Assembly: GCA_964601165.1 (NCBI GenBank)
Contig: CAZRMK010000002.1
Coordinates: forward strand, 1-53,175
DNA: 53,175 nucleotides
Direction: 5' to 3'
DNA from: an uncultured Piscirickettsiaceae bacterium
GTDB taxonomy: Bacteria; Pseudomonadota; Gammaproteobacteria; Thiomicrospirales; Thiomicrospiraceae
Position 1 is the stretch's first letter. Each line of letters begins with the position of its first letter. Below the pieces are notes generated by a model. The model had not been told where the DNA came from. It ran no database searches and saw nothing but the letters and a program-made list of their open reading frames with translations. Made by a program: the position numbers and the translations under genes. Of the stretch, positions 19,704 through 29,826 are shown piece after piece.

Positions 19704-20321
19704 GGAAGTTTTTGGATTATAGTTGTGTGCCTTTCGTATAAAGTTTTCGACCTGTTCATTCGTATCGGATAAAGAATTTTTGGTATTAATAACGTCATCC
19801 GCAATGGCTAAACGTTCTGCACGGGTTGCTTGTTGCTGAATAATTTGGGTGATCTCTTGCCTATTCACATTATCTCTTTGTAGTACTCGTTCAATTTGTA
19901 GCTCTTCAGGGCAGTCGCAGACTAAAACTTTATCAATATAGTCAGGTTTACCTTTTTCTGTTAATAAAGGGATTTCAATAATAATTAAAGGATGTTTAGG
20001 TTTGAGTTGTTGTAGCTGGTTTATGACTTCTTGTTTGATAAGAGGATGTAGTATAGATTCGAGTTGTTTTTTGGCAACAGGGTTAGAGAAAATGAGTTGC
20101 TTTAATTGCTGACGATTGAGTTGGCCATTATGATCTAAATATTTTGTACCAAAAAGATGAATGATCTTTGTTAATCCTAATGTATTAGGTTGAACAAGTT
20201 GTTTACTAATGGTGTCTAAACTGATACAAGGAATATTATGTTTAGAAAATATGGCACTTACGGTACTTTTTCCAGAACCTATGCCTCCTGTTATTCCTAC
20301 TACATGACTGATGTTTTTCAT
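19686..20321 (-). CDS. coaE: Dephospho-CoA kinase
   Basis: GITGGIGSGKSTV, LESILHPLI, EIPLLTE. Confidence 0.95.
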   Translation of the reverse strand: MKNISHVVGITGGIGSGKSTVSAIFSKHNIPCISLDTISKQLVQPNTLGLTKIIHLFGTKYLDHNGQLNRQQLKQLIFSNPVAKKQLESILHPLIKQEVINQLQQLKPKHPLIIIEIPLLTEKGKPDYIDKVLVCDCPEELQIERVLQRDNVNRQEITQIIQQQATRAERLAIADDVINTKNSLSDTNEQVENFIRKAHNYNPKTSLNPQF

Positions 20322-20336
20322 CGTTAAGAGATCTTA

Positions 20337-20378
20337 TTGTGCAAAGTTTTCATGCAATGAAAAGAAACTTTTGCACAA
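20337..20378. repeat. Imperfect inverted repeat (terminator or decayed mini-element)
   Basis: TTGTGCAAAGTTT...AAACTTTTGCACAA with an inner TTTTCAT/ATGAAAA stem. Confidence 0.45.
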
Positions 20379-20392
20379 AAGTTATCAATAAA

Positions 20393-20650
20393 CTAATCTT
20401 TGTTAGATTTATTGATGTGAATACCCATTTGAGGGTAAGAAATAGAGATATTAGCCTTTTCATTGGTTTCCCAAAGAACAGGTCAGTAATCAGCAGATTT
20501 AACCCAAGGCCGAACAATAAAGTTAACGCTTGAGTCACCTAATTCAGAAAGAGAGATAGTTGGAGCAGGATCTTTTAGAACACGGTCATCTTCATTTATA
20601 ATTTTTTCAAGTAGAGATTTTGCTTGACGAATATCATCGTCATAACCTAT
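20393..20650 (-). pseudogene. mscS: Mechanosensitive channel MscS-family C-terminal remnant
   Basis: IGYDDDIRQAK...DPAPTISLSELGDSSVNFIVRPWVKSADY*PVLWETNEKANISISYPQMGIHI; TGA at the usual Trp position; 5' part absent. Confidence 0.85.
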
Positions 20651-20864
20651 TACTGCTGTCCGATTTAAAATAAGCAATTTTGAATTCCATGCATAATTGG
20701 CATATTATCACCAGTTTTATTACTATTTTTATCAGGAAAGAGTAATTTCATCATCGATATTCGTTGACTAATATTCACACTAAATAACCGTGCTATTTGC
20801 TGTAATGAATGCTTGGTTTTAGTATTTAATTGCGTAAGCTTTAACAAAATATATGCAATCATAG
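20651..20864 (-). mobile_element. IS4-family transposase 3' remnant with right end
   Basis: AMIAYILLK...SLQQIARLFSVNISQRISMMKLL resembles IS4 transposase C-termini; the end TTTTAAATCGGACAGCAGTA abuts the mscS break. Confidence 0.65.
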
Positions 20865-21062
20865 CGGTATTTGTCAAGATAGTTGTCACCTTTTTTCAAA
20901 AAAATAACCTGCTATTTCTACAACCCTATTTTCATCTCGTTCAGGGTTCAACATAACCGCCCCAACAGGCTTACAATTCCTCACAGAACCTGACCAACGG
21001 TTTGGGTTTGTTCTTCAAGTACAAGCTTTCGTTCTTGTAGTATCTTAGCGTCCAAATCGGCA
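20865..21062 (-). mobile_element. IS3-like transposase 3' remnant with right end
   Basis: HADLDAKILQERKLVLEE / (frameshift) NPNRWSGSVRNCKPVGAVMLNPE; end GGTGACAACTATCTTGACAAATACCG. Confidence 0.7.
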
Positions 21063-21098
21063 TGTAATGGTCAAGTAAAACTGTAAGGTTTTTGAGAG
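21063..21098. mobile_element. Possible isolated IS3/IS911-like terminal repeat
   Basis: TGTAATGGTCAAGTAAAACTG resembles IS911-type ends and lies where the IS3-like frame is cut. Confidence 0.35.
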
Positions 21099-21102
21099 AT
21101 AT

Positions 21103-21141
21103 AAAAAACCTCTAATTAAGTAAGTCTTTAAAAGAGGTTTT
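21103..21141 (-). terminator. Probable intrinsic terminator downstream of fabI
   Basis: AAAAAACCTCT...AGAGGTTTT stem with a U-tract on the minus strand. Confidence 0.55.
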
Positions 21142-21155
21142 GATTTAAAAAATTC

Positions 21156-21309
21156 GTAACTACTCAGCGTGTTTTTTATTTAACTTGTAACCCATTGATT
21201 TATATAAGGTCAAGAATTTTAAAAACATAATATTTTAAAATCAATAAAAAATAAAACCCTTAAAAATCAATAGACTAGTGTTTTAGTAAAAATTACGCTG
21301 AGTAGTTAC
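21156..21309. mobile_element. MITE family C (154 bp), IS66-like ends
   Basis: Perfect 15-bp TIR GTAACTACTCAGCGT/ACGCTGAGTAGTTAC; exact 8-bp TSD AAAAATTC. Confidence 0.9.
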
Positions 21310-21325
21310 AAAAATTCTAATTATG

Positions 21326-22105
21326 CTAAACTGAAGCAGTAATGTTGTAACCTCCATCAACGTAGGTAATCTCTCCGGTAATTCCTGAGGCTAAGTCGGA
21401 GCATAAAAAAGCAGCGGTATTGCCAACTTCTTGAATGGTTACATTTTGGCGTAGTGGGGTAGCAGCAGCAGCTTTATTTAACATTGAACGAAAGTCTTTA
21501 ATGCCAGCAGCCGCTAGAGTTCGAATAGGGCCTGCTGAAATGGCATTTACGCGAATTCCTTCTTGTCCTAAATCAGCAGCTAAATAGCGAACAGTAGCTT
21601 CTAGTGATGCTTTGGCGATGCCCATAACATTGTAGTTTGGTACAGCTCTTTCTGCTCCTAAATAAGAGAGAGTTAAAACTGCTCCTTGCTTAGCTTTTAA
21701 CATTTCATGAGCGGCTTTTGTTAGGGCGGTTAAGCTGTAAGCAGAAATGTCGTGAGCCATGGCGAAGCCTTCACGAGTTGAGGCTTCAATCATTCGTCCA
21801 TCTAATTCTTCACGAGGGGCAAAAGCAACGGAATGTACTAGAATATCTAAGCCATCATTCCAAGTTTTAGAAAGTTCAGAAAAAGTGGTGTTGATTTGTT
21901 CATCGCAAGCAACGTCTAGTGGAAGAACGATGCTAGATTTAAGTTCTTCAGCTATTTTTTTAACACGACTTTTTAATTTTTCATTTTGGTAGGTGAGTGC
22001 GATTTCTGCACCTTGTTCATGCATTTGTTTGGCAATGCCATAGGCAATGGATTTATTATTTGCAACACCAACAATAAGTGCTTTTTTACCCGTTAAAAAC
22101 CCCAT
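21326..22105 (-). CDS. fabI: Enoyl-ACP reductase FabI
   Basis: [36 protein letters not shown]. Confidence 0.97.
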   Translation of the reverse strand: MGFLTGKKALIVGVANNKSIAYGIAKQMHEQGAEIALTYQNEKLKSRVKKIAEELKSSIVLPLDVACDEQINTTFSELSKTWNDGLDILVHSVAFAPREELDGRMIEASTREGFAMAHDISAYSLTALTKAAHEMLKAKQGAVLTLSYLGAERAVPNYNVMGIAKASLEATVRYLAADLGQEGIRVNAISAGPIRTLAAAGIKDFRSMLNKAAAATPLRQNVTIQEVGNTAAFLCSDLASGITGEITYVDGGYNITASV

Positions 22106-22146
22106 ATTTAACTCCTTTTATTTTGTTAAGTTTTTTGTAATTATAG

Positions 22147-22179
22147 CCTAATATTCTGCAAGCACTTGCAGAATTTAGG
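22147..22179. repeat. MITE family A, minimal form (33 bp)
   Basis: CCTAATATTCTGCAAGCACTTGCAGAATTTAGG; flanks TATAG/TATCA. Confidence 0.85.
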
Positions 22180-22181
22180 TA

Positions 22182-23172
22182 TCACTTAATCCAACCTTGT
22201 TCTCTGTAGTATCTAGCTGCACCATCGTGTAAAGGGGCTGTCATGCCTGCAGAAATCATTTTTGATTGTTCTAAATTTCTAAGGGCAGGGTGTGATGCTT
22301 TAAAGTCTTCAAAATTTTCGAACACTGCTTTAACTACTGAGTAAATCACTTCTTCCGAAACATTAGCGGAAGATAGAAAGGTTGAAATGACATTAAACGT
22401 CGGTATGCTATATGGCTTACTTCCAGATAAATTTCTTGCAATATATCCTTTAGCGTAATAGCTATGTCGTTCAATTAGTTTAGTAATACCTGTTCCAGTA
22501 ACAGGAATGATTTTAGCATTGCAGTTTGTAATTACCTTTCTAATAAGATCTGATTCTTCCCCTACGGTAAAGAAAAAAGCGTCAATTTTATTGTCACAAA
22601 AAGCATTTCCTACTTCAGAAGTTCTAATCCTAGAAACCAGCCCTAAATCTGAGAGGTTAATGCCTAATGCTTCAACCATTACATTAAAAGTGGCTGACGT
22701 GCCAGAATTAACTTCGCCAATAGTTTATACGCTTACCTTTAATATCCATCACGTCTTTAATGCCAGAATCTGCTCTAACAACTAGTGTTGCAGCCTCAGA
22801 ATACACAGAAAATACAAAACGTAAATCTTTAAAAGCTCCTTGTTCTTTAAATATAGAAGTGCCGTGGTAAGCATGATGTTGCCAGTCAGACTGTGCTAAT
22901 CCCATTTCTAAATCGCCGGTACGAATCGCATTGATGTTAAATACTGAACCAGATGTTGATTCAACACCACAACGAATCCCTGTTTCTTTACGGTTTCTGT
23001 TAACCAAACGGCAAATAGAGCCTCCAGTGGGGAAATAAACACCTGTTATTCCTCCTGTACCAATTGTAACAAACTGAATTGTGTGAGGGTTTGCAGCTGA
23101 ATTCCCTGCAAAAACCGCTAGGGTAAAAGCTATTGTGGCAATTGCAACTTTACTAAAATTTAGTTTAATCAT
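22182..23172 (-). pseudogene. TAXI-family TRAP transporter solute-binding subunit, frameshifted
   Basis: Two ORFs (IGTGGITGVYFPTG...ESTSGSVFN and ...APLHDGAARYYRE) join as KGKRINIGEVNSGTSATFNVMVEALG if one base is removed near 22721-22726. Confidence 0.88.
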
Positions 23173-23210
23173 TTCTTTACTCTCTGCAACTTAAAGTATA
23201 ATTTCTTATA

Positions 23211-23370
23211 GAGGCCTTTGCATAAAATGGGGTGCGAATAAAAATGAGATATATTTTACTAGGTTTTGCTCAAAAAATAAGCTTAATAGCTAGCTATTGG
23301 GCGTTTTTTTGGGCAAAAGATTGTGAAATATAGCCATTTTAATTTGTGCATCCATTTATGCAAAGGTCTC
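23211..23370 (+). mobile_element. MITE family D (160 bp), IS5/IS1106-like ends
   Basis: GAGGCCTTTGCATAAA...TTTATGCAAAGGTCTC; 5-bp TSD TTATA; central palindrome AATAGCTAGCTATT. Confidence 0.92.
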
Positions 23371-23447
23371 TTATAATATCGAATTAATAGCATCCATTTT
23401 ATCACTTTGATAACATTAAAGATGAAAGCTAATATTAATACCTAAAT

Positions 23448-23592
23448 GTAACCTCTCAAAAACTTAGGGCAGGAAAAACTCGTTCCCATGCTTTGCGTGG
23501 GAATGCATACCTTTTTATGCCTTTAGCGTTGGTATGCATTACCACGCTGGAGCATGGTAACGAGATATTGCCCCGAGTTTTTGAGAAATTAC
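23448..23592. mobile_element. MITE family E (145 bp), IS66-like ends, containing a REP doublet
   Basis: 24-bp TIR (20/24) GTAACCTCTCAAAAACTTAGGGCA/TGCCCCGAGTTTTTGAGAAATTAC; exact 8-bp TSD ACCTAAAT. Confidence 0.88.
23479..23564. repeat. Inverted REP doublet (REPIN-like, CTCGTTCCCACGC...GCGTGGGAATGC type)
   Basis: CTCGTTCCCATGCTTTGCGTGGGAATGCATACC-19 nt-GGTATGCATTACCACGCTGGAGCATGGTAACGAG; each unit is itself a hairpin. Confidence 0.8.
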
Positions 23593-23633
23593 ACCTAAAT
23601 TACTTAAGTGTATGACTTTTAAATGAGAAATTT

Positions 23634-25811
23634 TTGAAACCCGTTAAGACTATCTTTAATATTTTTAGCTTGGTGTTAATTGTTTTTAGCTCGTTGCTTT
23701 CTGTGCAGGCTAGCTGGAATAGTCCTCATTCTCCTGAAGACGTTGCTTCTCCAATTTTGTTTAGTTCTTTTTCTTTACCTCCAAAGCATTTAGACCCTGT
23801 TATTGCTTATAGTAGTAATGAGTTCGCTATTTTGGGGCAAATTTATGAACCTTTATTGCAGTATCATTATTTTAAACAACCCTATACTCTAGAGCCGTTG
23901 CTTCTTGCTGAAATGCCTAAAATTGTTTTTTTAGATAGTCTAGGAAACCAAGTGGTAGCAGATTCTGATGATCTTGCATTTTCTAAATATTATTTCAAAA
24001 TTAAAGAAAATATCCAATTTCAACCGCATCCTGCTTTTGTGAGAAATGAAAAAGGTGAGTTTGTATTACATCAATTAACGGCATCAGAATTAAGAAATAT
24101 TCGAAAAATATCAGATTTTAAACAAACAGCTACGCGAACTTTAGTGCCTCAAGATTTTGTGTATGCGATTCAAAGAATGGGGTTGCGACAAAATCATTCA
24201 CCGGTCTTGGATACCATTGCTAAATATATTGTTGGGCTTAAAGAATTCTCTGAATTAGTGTCTCAAGAGTTTGAAAATGATAATAATTTTAATATTAGGG
24301 ATGTGGATATTTCAGGAGTAACTGTAATCTCTGATACCGAATTCTCGATTAAAATAATAGGACGATATCCGCAGTTTTTATATTGGTTAAGTATGAATTT
24401 CTTTGCTCCTATTCCCTGGGAAGCAACAGCTTTCTATAGTCAGCCAAGATTGATAACAAAGAATATCACTTTAAATACCTACCCTGTTGGAACAGGACCT
24501 TATATGTTAATTGAGAATAACCCCAATAGGCGTATGCATCTGGTTAGAAACCCGTATTATAACCATGGTTTTTTTCCAACTACGGGTTTACCTGAAGGGG
24601 CTGATCCTGCTTTATTAAATGATGCAGGTAAGCCATTACCTTTTATTGAGGAGGTTATTTTTTCCCTTGAAAGAGAAAGTATTCCTATGTGGAATAAATT
24701 TTTGCAAGGCTATTATGATGCTTCTGGTGTAACTTCAGATAGTTTTGCTCAGGCGGTGAATGTATCATCTGTTGGTAGTATGAGTTTAACTCCAGAAATG
24801 GAAGCTAAAGGCATTGGTTTTTTAAATGTGATTCGGCCGACTATCTTCTATATGGCTTTTAATATGGTTGATCCTGTTGTTGGAGGGTATGATGAGGCGT
24901 CGCGTAAATTACGCCAAGCGATTAGTATTGCGATTAATAAGGAGGAATATATTTCTATTTTTATGAATGGTCGAGGGTTAGCGGCTCATGGCCCTATTCC
25001 TCCTGGAATTACGGGGTTTAAAGATGGTGAGCTTGGAATAAATCCTGTTGTTTATAATTGGTATAACGAGCGTCCAAAACGTAAATCTATTGATGTAGCT
25101 AAACAATTACTGGCGGAAGCTGGTTATCCTAATGGCATAAGTAAACAAACAGGGCAACGCTTAACTTTGCATTATGATACCGCTTTAGTTGGCCCAGCTA
25201 GTAAAGCCATTCTTAATTGGTATCGCAAGCAGTTTGAAAGATTGGGTATAGAGTTGGTGATTCGGGCGACAGATTACAATCGCTTTCAAGATAAAGTGCG
25301 AACCGCTTCGGTACAGTTGTTTTCGTGGGGTTGGGGGGCTGACTATCCTGATCCTGAAAACTTTTTATTTTTATTATATGGTGGAAATGCGGTTGTTAAT
25401 GCAGGGAAATCGGGCATAAATAGTGCAAATTATGATAACCCAGAATTTAATGTGTTATTTAAGCAGATTAAGTTAATGGAAAATTCTCCAGAACGACTAG
25501 AACTTATTCAGCAAGCGGTTAGAATTGCCCAAGAAGATGCGCCGTGGGTCTGGGGATTTTTCCCTAAATCTTTAACTTTATATCATAGTTGGTATCACAA
25601 TGTTTGGGCAAATCCTTTAGCCAATAATACTCTTAAATATCGACGTATTGATTATGAAGAAAGAGTTAGAAAGCAAGCTTTGTGGAATCAGCCTGTTATT
25701 TGGCCATTAATTTTATTTGGGATACTTATTGTATTAGCATTTTTTGCTTTAATGCGAACTTATCGACTTAAGCAAAAAACTGTAGTTTTACCTCAAAAGG
25801 TTGGATCCTAA
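23634..25811 (+). CDS. ABC transporter substrate-binding protein, family 5 (peptide/nickel type), with C-terminal TM helix
   Basis: HLDPVIAYS, IYEPLLQY, PVGTGPY, WGADYPDPENF; hydrophobic C-terminus. Confidence 0.88.
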   Translation: MKPVKTIFNIFSLVLIVFSSLLSVQASWNSPHSPEDVASPILFSSFSLPPKHLDPVIAYSSNEFAILGQIYEPLLQYHYFKQPYTLEPLLLAEMPKIVFLDSLGNQVVADSDDLAFSKYYFKIKENIQFQPHPAFVRNEKGEFVLHQLTASELRNIRKISDFKQTATRTLVPQDFVYAIQRMGLRQNHSPVLDTIAKYIVGLKEFSELVSQEFENDNNFNIRDVDISGVTVISDTEFSIKIIGRYPQFLYWLSMNFFAPIPWEATAFYSQPRLITKNITLNTYPVGTGPYMLIENNPNRRMHLVRNPYYNHGFFPTTGLPEGADPALLNDAGKPLPFIEEVIFSLERESIPMWNKFLQGYYDASGVTSDSFAQAVNVSSVGSMSLTPEMEAKGIGFLNVIRPTIFYMAFNMVDPVVGGYDEASRKLRQAISIAINKEEYISIFMNGRGLAAHGPIPPGITGFKDGELGINPVVYNWYNERPKRKSIDVAKQLLAEAGYPNGISKQTGQRLTLHYDTALVGPASKAILNWYRKQFERLGIELVIRATDYNRFQDKVRTASVQLFSWGWGADYPDPENFLFLLYGGNAVVNAGKSGINSANYDNPEFNVLFKQIKLMENSPERLELIQQAVRIAQEDAPWVWGFFPKSLTLYHSWYHNVWANPLANNTLKYRRIDYEERVRKQALWNQPVIWPLILFGILIVLAFFALMRTYRLKQKTVVLPQKVGS

Positions 25812-26791
25812 TGTTTGCTTATATTATTAGGCGGTTACTTTTTGCTATTCCAATTCTAATTGGAGTTAATTTTATTACTTTCGCTTTATTTTTTATGATT
25901 AGTACGCCTGATGATATGGCGCGGGCGCAGTTGGGAGCAAAACAAACTACCCCAGAAATGATTGCAGCTTGGAAGGTGGCACGGGGTTATGATAAGCCGT
26001 TATTTATTAATTTAGAAGCCTCTGGTTTAGACAAAATATCAGAAACTTTGTTTGTGCAAGAATCGGTTAAGTTGTTTATGTTTGATTTTGGACAGTCGGA
26101 TTCAGGCAGGCAAATTTCTGCCGATATTCAAGAGCGCATGATTCCTAGCTTATCTATAGCTTTACCCACTTTTATAATTGCCATAGTGACTAATATTGCG
26201 ATTGCATTGTTAATTATTTTATTTAGGCGAACCATCCTAGATACTGTAACTATGATGGTTGCAGTGGCAATTATGTCGGTTTCTGGATTATTTTATATTA
26301 TCGCAGGACAGGTTTTATTTAGTCAAATATTACGCTGGGTACCTATTTCAGGTTATGAAACGGGTTGGGAGGGGGTTAAGTTTTTAATTCTTCCTGTATT
26401 AATTGGCGTTTTTGCTGGTTTAGGGGCAGGAGTTCGCTGGTATCGTAGTATATTTTTAGAAGAAATTAATAAAGATTATGTTCGCACCGCACGGGCGAAG
26501 GGTCTTTCTGAAATTAAAGTTTTATTTACCCATGTGTTACAAAACGGCATGTTGCCAATTTTAACCGGAGTGGTGGTGGTGATTCCTACTTTGTTTATGG
26601 GTAGCCTGATTATGGAATCATTTTTTGCCATTCCTGGCTTAGGAAGTTACACGATTGATGCCATTCAATCGCAAGACTTTAGTATTGTTAAAGCGATGGT
26701 GTTTTTAGGTTCTGTGCTTTATATTATTGGCTTAATTTTAACCGATATTTCTTATACTTTCTTCGATCCTAGAGTGAGATTAAGCAAATGA
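25811..26791 (+). CDS. ABC transporter permease (OppB/DppB-like)
   Basis: YIIRRLL, DYVRTARAKGL, ESFFAIPGLG, DPRVR. Confidence 0.92.
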   Translation: MFAYIIRRLLFAIPILIGVNFITFALFFMISTPDDMARAQLGAKQTTPEMIAAWKVARGYDKPLFINLEASGLDKISETLFVQESVKLFMFDFGQSDSGRQISADIQERMIPSLSIALPTFIIAIVTNIAIALLIILFRRTILDTVTMMVAVAIMSVSGLFYIIAGQVLFSQILRWVPISGYETGWEGVKFLILPVLIGVFAGLGAGVRWYRSIFLEEINKDYVRTARAKGLSEIKVLFTHVLQNGMLPILTGVVVVIPTLFMGSLIMESFFAIPGLGSYTIDAIQSQDFSIVKAMVFLGSVLYIIGLILTDISYTFFDPRVRLSK

Positions 26792-28176
26792 GTCTGGTTT
26801 TTTTCTGGACTGATTATATGATCTGGGGATTAGTAATTGCTATTGTTCTCTGGGCAAGAGTCATTGGTAAATCGCCTCAAGTTAAGAAACAATGGACACA
26901 GATTTTTGAATCGAAAGTTGCGGTTATTTCAGCGGTGATATTGTTGACTTATGTTGTCATCGCTTTATTAGATTCAATTAATTTCACCCAAACATTACCA
27001 CCACTGCAAGAACAAGCCAATTTATCAGGCATATTCAGAACACAAAGTGTATTTGATGCCATTTTTTCTCATCTGGCGCATTATTCAGAAAGAACCTATT
27101 CTGCACCCTTTGCTTTGTTTGAACATAATAAAAGCATGCAAATATCTGTCTCTGGTGAGGTGGAATATTTATATTTGCCTTTGCAAAATATAGTTCCTAC
27201 GGCATCTATTCTGTTTGAATCTATAAGAGGCATGGTGATAGGGTTAGGGCTTAGTCTATTTTTTATTGGCTTACATATATTCTGGAAATCTATTAAAAAA
27301 TCTGTTCCTTTTTGGTCGTACTGTAAAAAAGTTTGGCGACAACAAACCGTTATCCCATGGCGAACTGCTTATGCGACTTTTGCGGTAATACTAACCCTGT
27401 TTAGTATTTTTTATATTTTAAGTTTTTCCTTTCATGTGTTAGGCACCGATAAGGTGGGAGGAGATGTTTTTTATGAGGCTTTAAAAAGTATTCGTACAGG
27501 AATGTTAATTGGAGTATTAACCACCTTGGTTATGTTGCCTTTAGCTCTTATATTAGGCATTAGTGCGGGGCTGTTTAGGGGCTGGGTTGATGATGTTATT
27601 CAATATCTTTACACTACTCTTAATTCTATTCCTGGAGTATTGCTTATTGCGGCAGCGGTGTTAGTGATGCAGGTTATGCTGAGTAATAATCCCGACTGGT
27701 TTACTTCAACCGAAGAGCGAGCCGATATGCGGCTATTGTTTTTAATTCTTATTTTAGGAGTTACTAGTTGGACAGGGCTATGTCGATTACTGCGTGCAGA
27801 AACCCTTAAAATTAGCCAGCTAGAATTTGTTATAGCCGCTAAGGCTTTTGGGGTGAGTCGATTTAAAATCATTACTCAACATATTCTTCCTAATCTAATG
27901 CACATTGTATTAATCTCAGTGGTGCTAGATTTTAGTGGTCTGGTGCTAGCTGAAGCAGTATTATCTTATGTCGGAATCGGGGTTGACCCCACCATGCACA
28001 GTTGGGGCAATATGATTAACCAAGCAAGACTAGAAATGGCGAGGATGCCAATGGTTTGGTGGTCGTTATTTTCGGCGTTCTTTTTTATGTTTGTTTTAGT
28101 GTTAGCTGCCAATTTGTTTTCAGATAGAATTCAAACTGTTTTAGACCCTAGAAACTTTTCGCTGAGTGGTAAATAG
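26788..28176 (+). CDS. ABC transporter permease (OppC/DppC-like)
   Basis: LGTDKVGGDV, EFVIAAKAFG, HILPN, SWGNMI. Confidence 0.92.
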   Translation: MSLVFFWTDYMIWGLVIAIVLWARVIGKSPQVKKQWTQIFESKVAVISAVILLTYVVIALLDSINFTQTLPPLQEQANLSGIFRTQSVFDAIFSHLAHYSERTYSAPFALFEHNKSMQISVSGEVEYLYLPLQNIVPTASILFESIRGMVIGLGLSLFFIGLHIFWKSIKKSVPFWSYCKKVWRQQTVIPWRTAYATFAVILTLFSIFYILSFSFHVLGTDKVGGDVFYEALKSIRTGMLIGVLTTLVMLPLALILGISAGLFRGWVDDVIQYLYTTLNSIPGVLLIAAAVLVMQVMLSNNPDWFTSTEERADMRLLFLILILGVTSWTGLCRLLRAETLKISQLEFVIAAKAFGVSRFKIITQHILPNLMHIVLISVVLDFSGLVLAEAVLSYVGIGVDPTMHSWGNMINQARLEMARMPMVWWSLFSAFFFMFVLVLAANLFSDRIQTVLDPRNFSLSGK

Positions 28177-28190
28177 GAAGATAGGATGAT

Positions 28191-29825
28191 ATGAGTATTT
28201 TAACCGTTCAAAATCTTTGCCTTAAAGTTAATGATACCGAGTTGCTTAAAAATGTCAGCTTTTCCATAGAGCAGGGTGAAATTTTTGCCCTAGTGGGGGA
28301 ATCTGGCAGTGGTAAATCTTTAACATCGTTAGCGATTATGAGATTACTGCCAGAAGCTTTAAGAGTTACCCAAGGAAAAGTAATTTTGCATCAGCAAGAC
28401 TTATTTGCCCTGCCTGAATCTAAAATGCAACAGGTTAGAGGTAAGCAGGTTGCGATGATTTTTCAAGAACCCATGACCTCACTAAACCCAGTAATGAAAG
28501 TAGGTGAGCAGGTAGCAGAAGTCTTGCGTGTTCATCTAAAATCATCAACCAAACAAGCCAAAGAAAAAGTAGTATCTTTGTTTGAAGAAGTAGGAATGCC
28601 ATCTCCAGAAGAACGATATGATTGGTATCCCCATCAACTCTCTGGCGGGCAAAAACAGCGAGTTATGATTGCAATGGCTCTAGCCTGCGAACCTGATATG
28701 TTAATTGCCGATGAGCCGACTACTGCTCTTGATGTCACTATTCAAGCACAGGTTTTACAGCTATTAAAGCACCTTCGTGACACCAGAGGACTTTCTATTT
28801 TATTTATTACTCATGACATGGGAATAGTGCATGAAATGGCAGATAAAGTGGCAGTAATGCGCGAGGGAGAAATTGTAGAGCAGGCGAAAAAAGATGATTT
28901 TTTTAATAATCCATCCCATCCATATACTAAAAGATTATTAACAGATGCTGTTGCTAAAAAATCTTTTAAACCAGCATTAGACACTGAAACTTTACTGGAT
29001 ATAAAACAATTAAAAGTACATTTTCCAATTAAAAAAGGTCTTTTTCAACGAACCGTAGGTCATGTTAAGGCGGTGGATGGGGTTAACCTAACAATATCCA
29101 AGGGGCAAACCCTCGCATTGGTTGGTGAATCTGGGAGTGGCAAAAGCACTATTGGTCAAGCTATTTTGAAGTTAGTTGATGCAACGGATGGTCAAGTCCA
29201 CTTTTCCAATCAGGGTAATAAATCTGCTCCTGTTGATCTAGTATCTCTTAGCGAACGTCAAATGAAGCCGTTACGTAAAAAGATTCAAGTCATATTTCAA
29301 GACCCTTTTTCGGCACTCAATCCACGGATGACGGTGTTAGAAATTATTCGTGAAGGCATGGTCAGTCTTAAAGTTGGCCCTAAAACTAAAGCAGAGCAAG
29401 AAGCTAGAGTTAGTGTTTTACTTGATCAAGTAGGCCTGTTGTCAGAACATAAAAATCGTTATCCTCATGAGTTTTCAGGCGGGCAACGCCAAAGAATTGG
29501 TATTGCTAGAGCTTTAGCTGTAGAGCCAGATCTTATTATTTGCGACGAACCTACCAGTGCGTTAGATGTTTCTGTAAGGGCACAAGTGCTTAATCTGTTA
29601 GAAGAGTTACAACAAGAACATCAAATGTCTTATTTATTTATTACCCATGATTTATCCATCATACCCACCATTGCACACCAAGTTGCAGTTATGCAACAGG
29701 GAATTATTGTTGAACAAGGTCTTGTTGAAGAGGTTATGCTTAATCCTCAACATGAATATACGAAAAACTTGTTAAAATCTGCTCCAAAACTTATACTTAA
29801 GGAGTTTATTAAAGGGAAACATTAA
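28191..29825 (+). CDS. ABC transporter ATP-binding protein with two fused NBDs (YejF/OppDF-like)
   Basis: Two sets of GESGSGKS, YPHxxSGGQ and DEPT motifs. Confidence 0.93.
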   Translation: MSILTVQNLCLKVNDTELLKNVSFSIEQGEIFALVGESGSGKSLTSLAIMRLLPEALRVTQGKVILHQQDLFALPESKMQQVRGKQVAMIFQEPMTSLNPVMKVGEQVAEVLRVHLKSSTKQAKEKVVSLFEEVGMPSPEERYDWYPHQLSGGQKQRVMIAMALACEPDMLIADEPTTALDVTIQAQVLQLLKHLRDTRGLSILFITHDMGIVHEMADKVAVMREGEIVEQAKKDDFFNNPSHPYTKRLLTDAVAKKSFKPALDTETLLDIKQLKVHFPIKKGLFQRTVGHVKAVDGVNLTISKGQTLALVGESGSGKSTIGQAILKLVDATDGQVHFSNQGNKSAPVDLVSLSERQMKPLRKKIQVIFQDPFSALNPRMTVLEIIREGMVSLKVGPKTKAEQEARVSVLLDQVGLLSEHKNRYPHEFSGGQRQRIGIARALAVEPDLIICDEPTSALDVSVRAQVLNLLEELQQEHQMSYLFITHDLSIIPTIAHQVAVMQQGIIVEQGLVEEVMLNPQHEYTKNLLKSAPKLILKEFIKGKH

Positions 29826-29826
29826 A

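Noticed and set aside
20339-20889. ORFs 20339..20533, 20350..20538, 20483..20677 and 20665..20889 as independent small genes
   Set aside because: They are explained as mscS and IS remnants or their alternative frames; the starts of the latter two lie in IS-derived sequence
22708-22740. Programmed frameshift or phase variation in the TAXI gene
   Set aside because: No slippery heptamer or long homopolymer at the shift site
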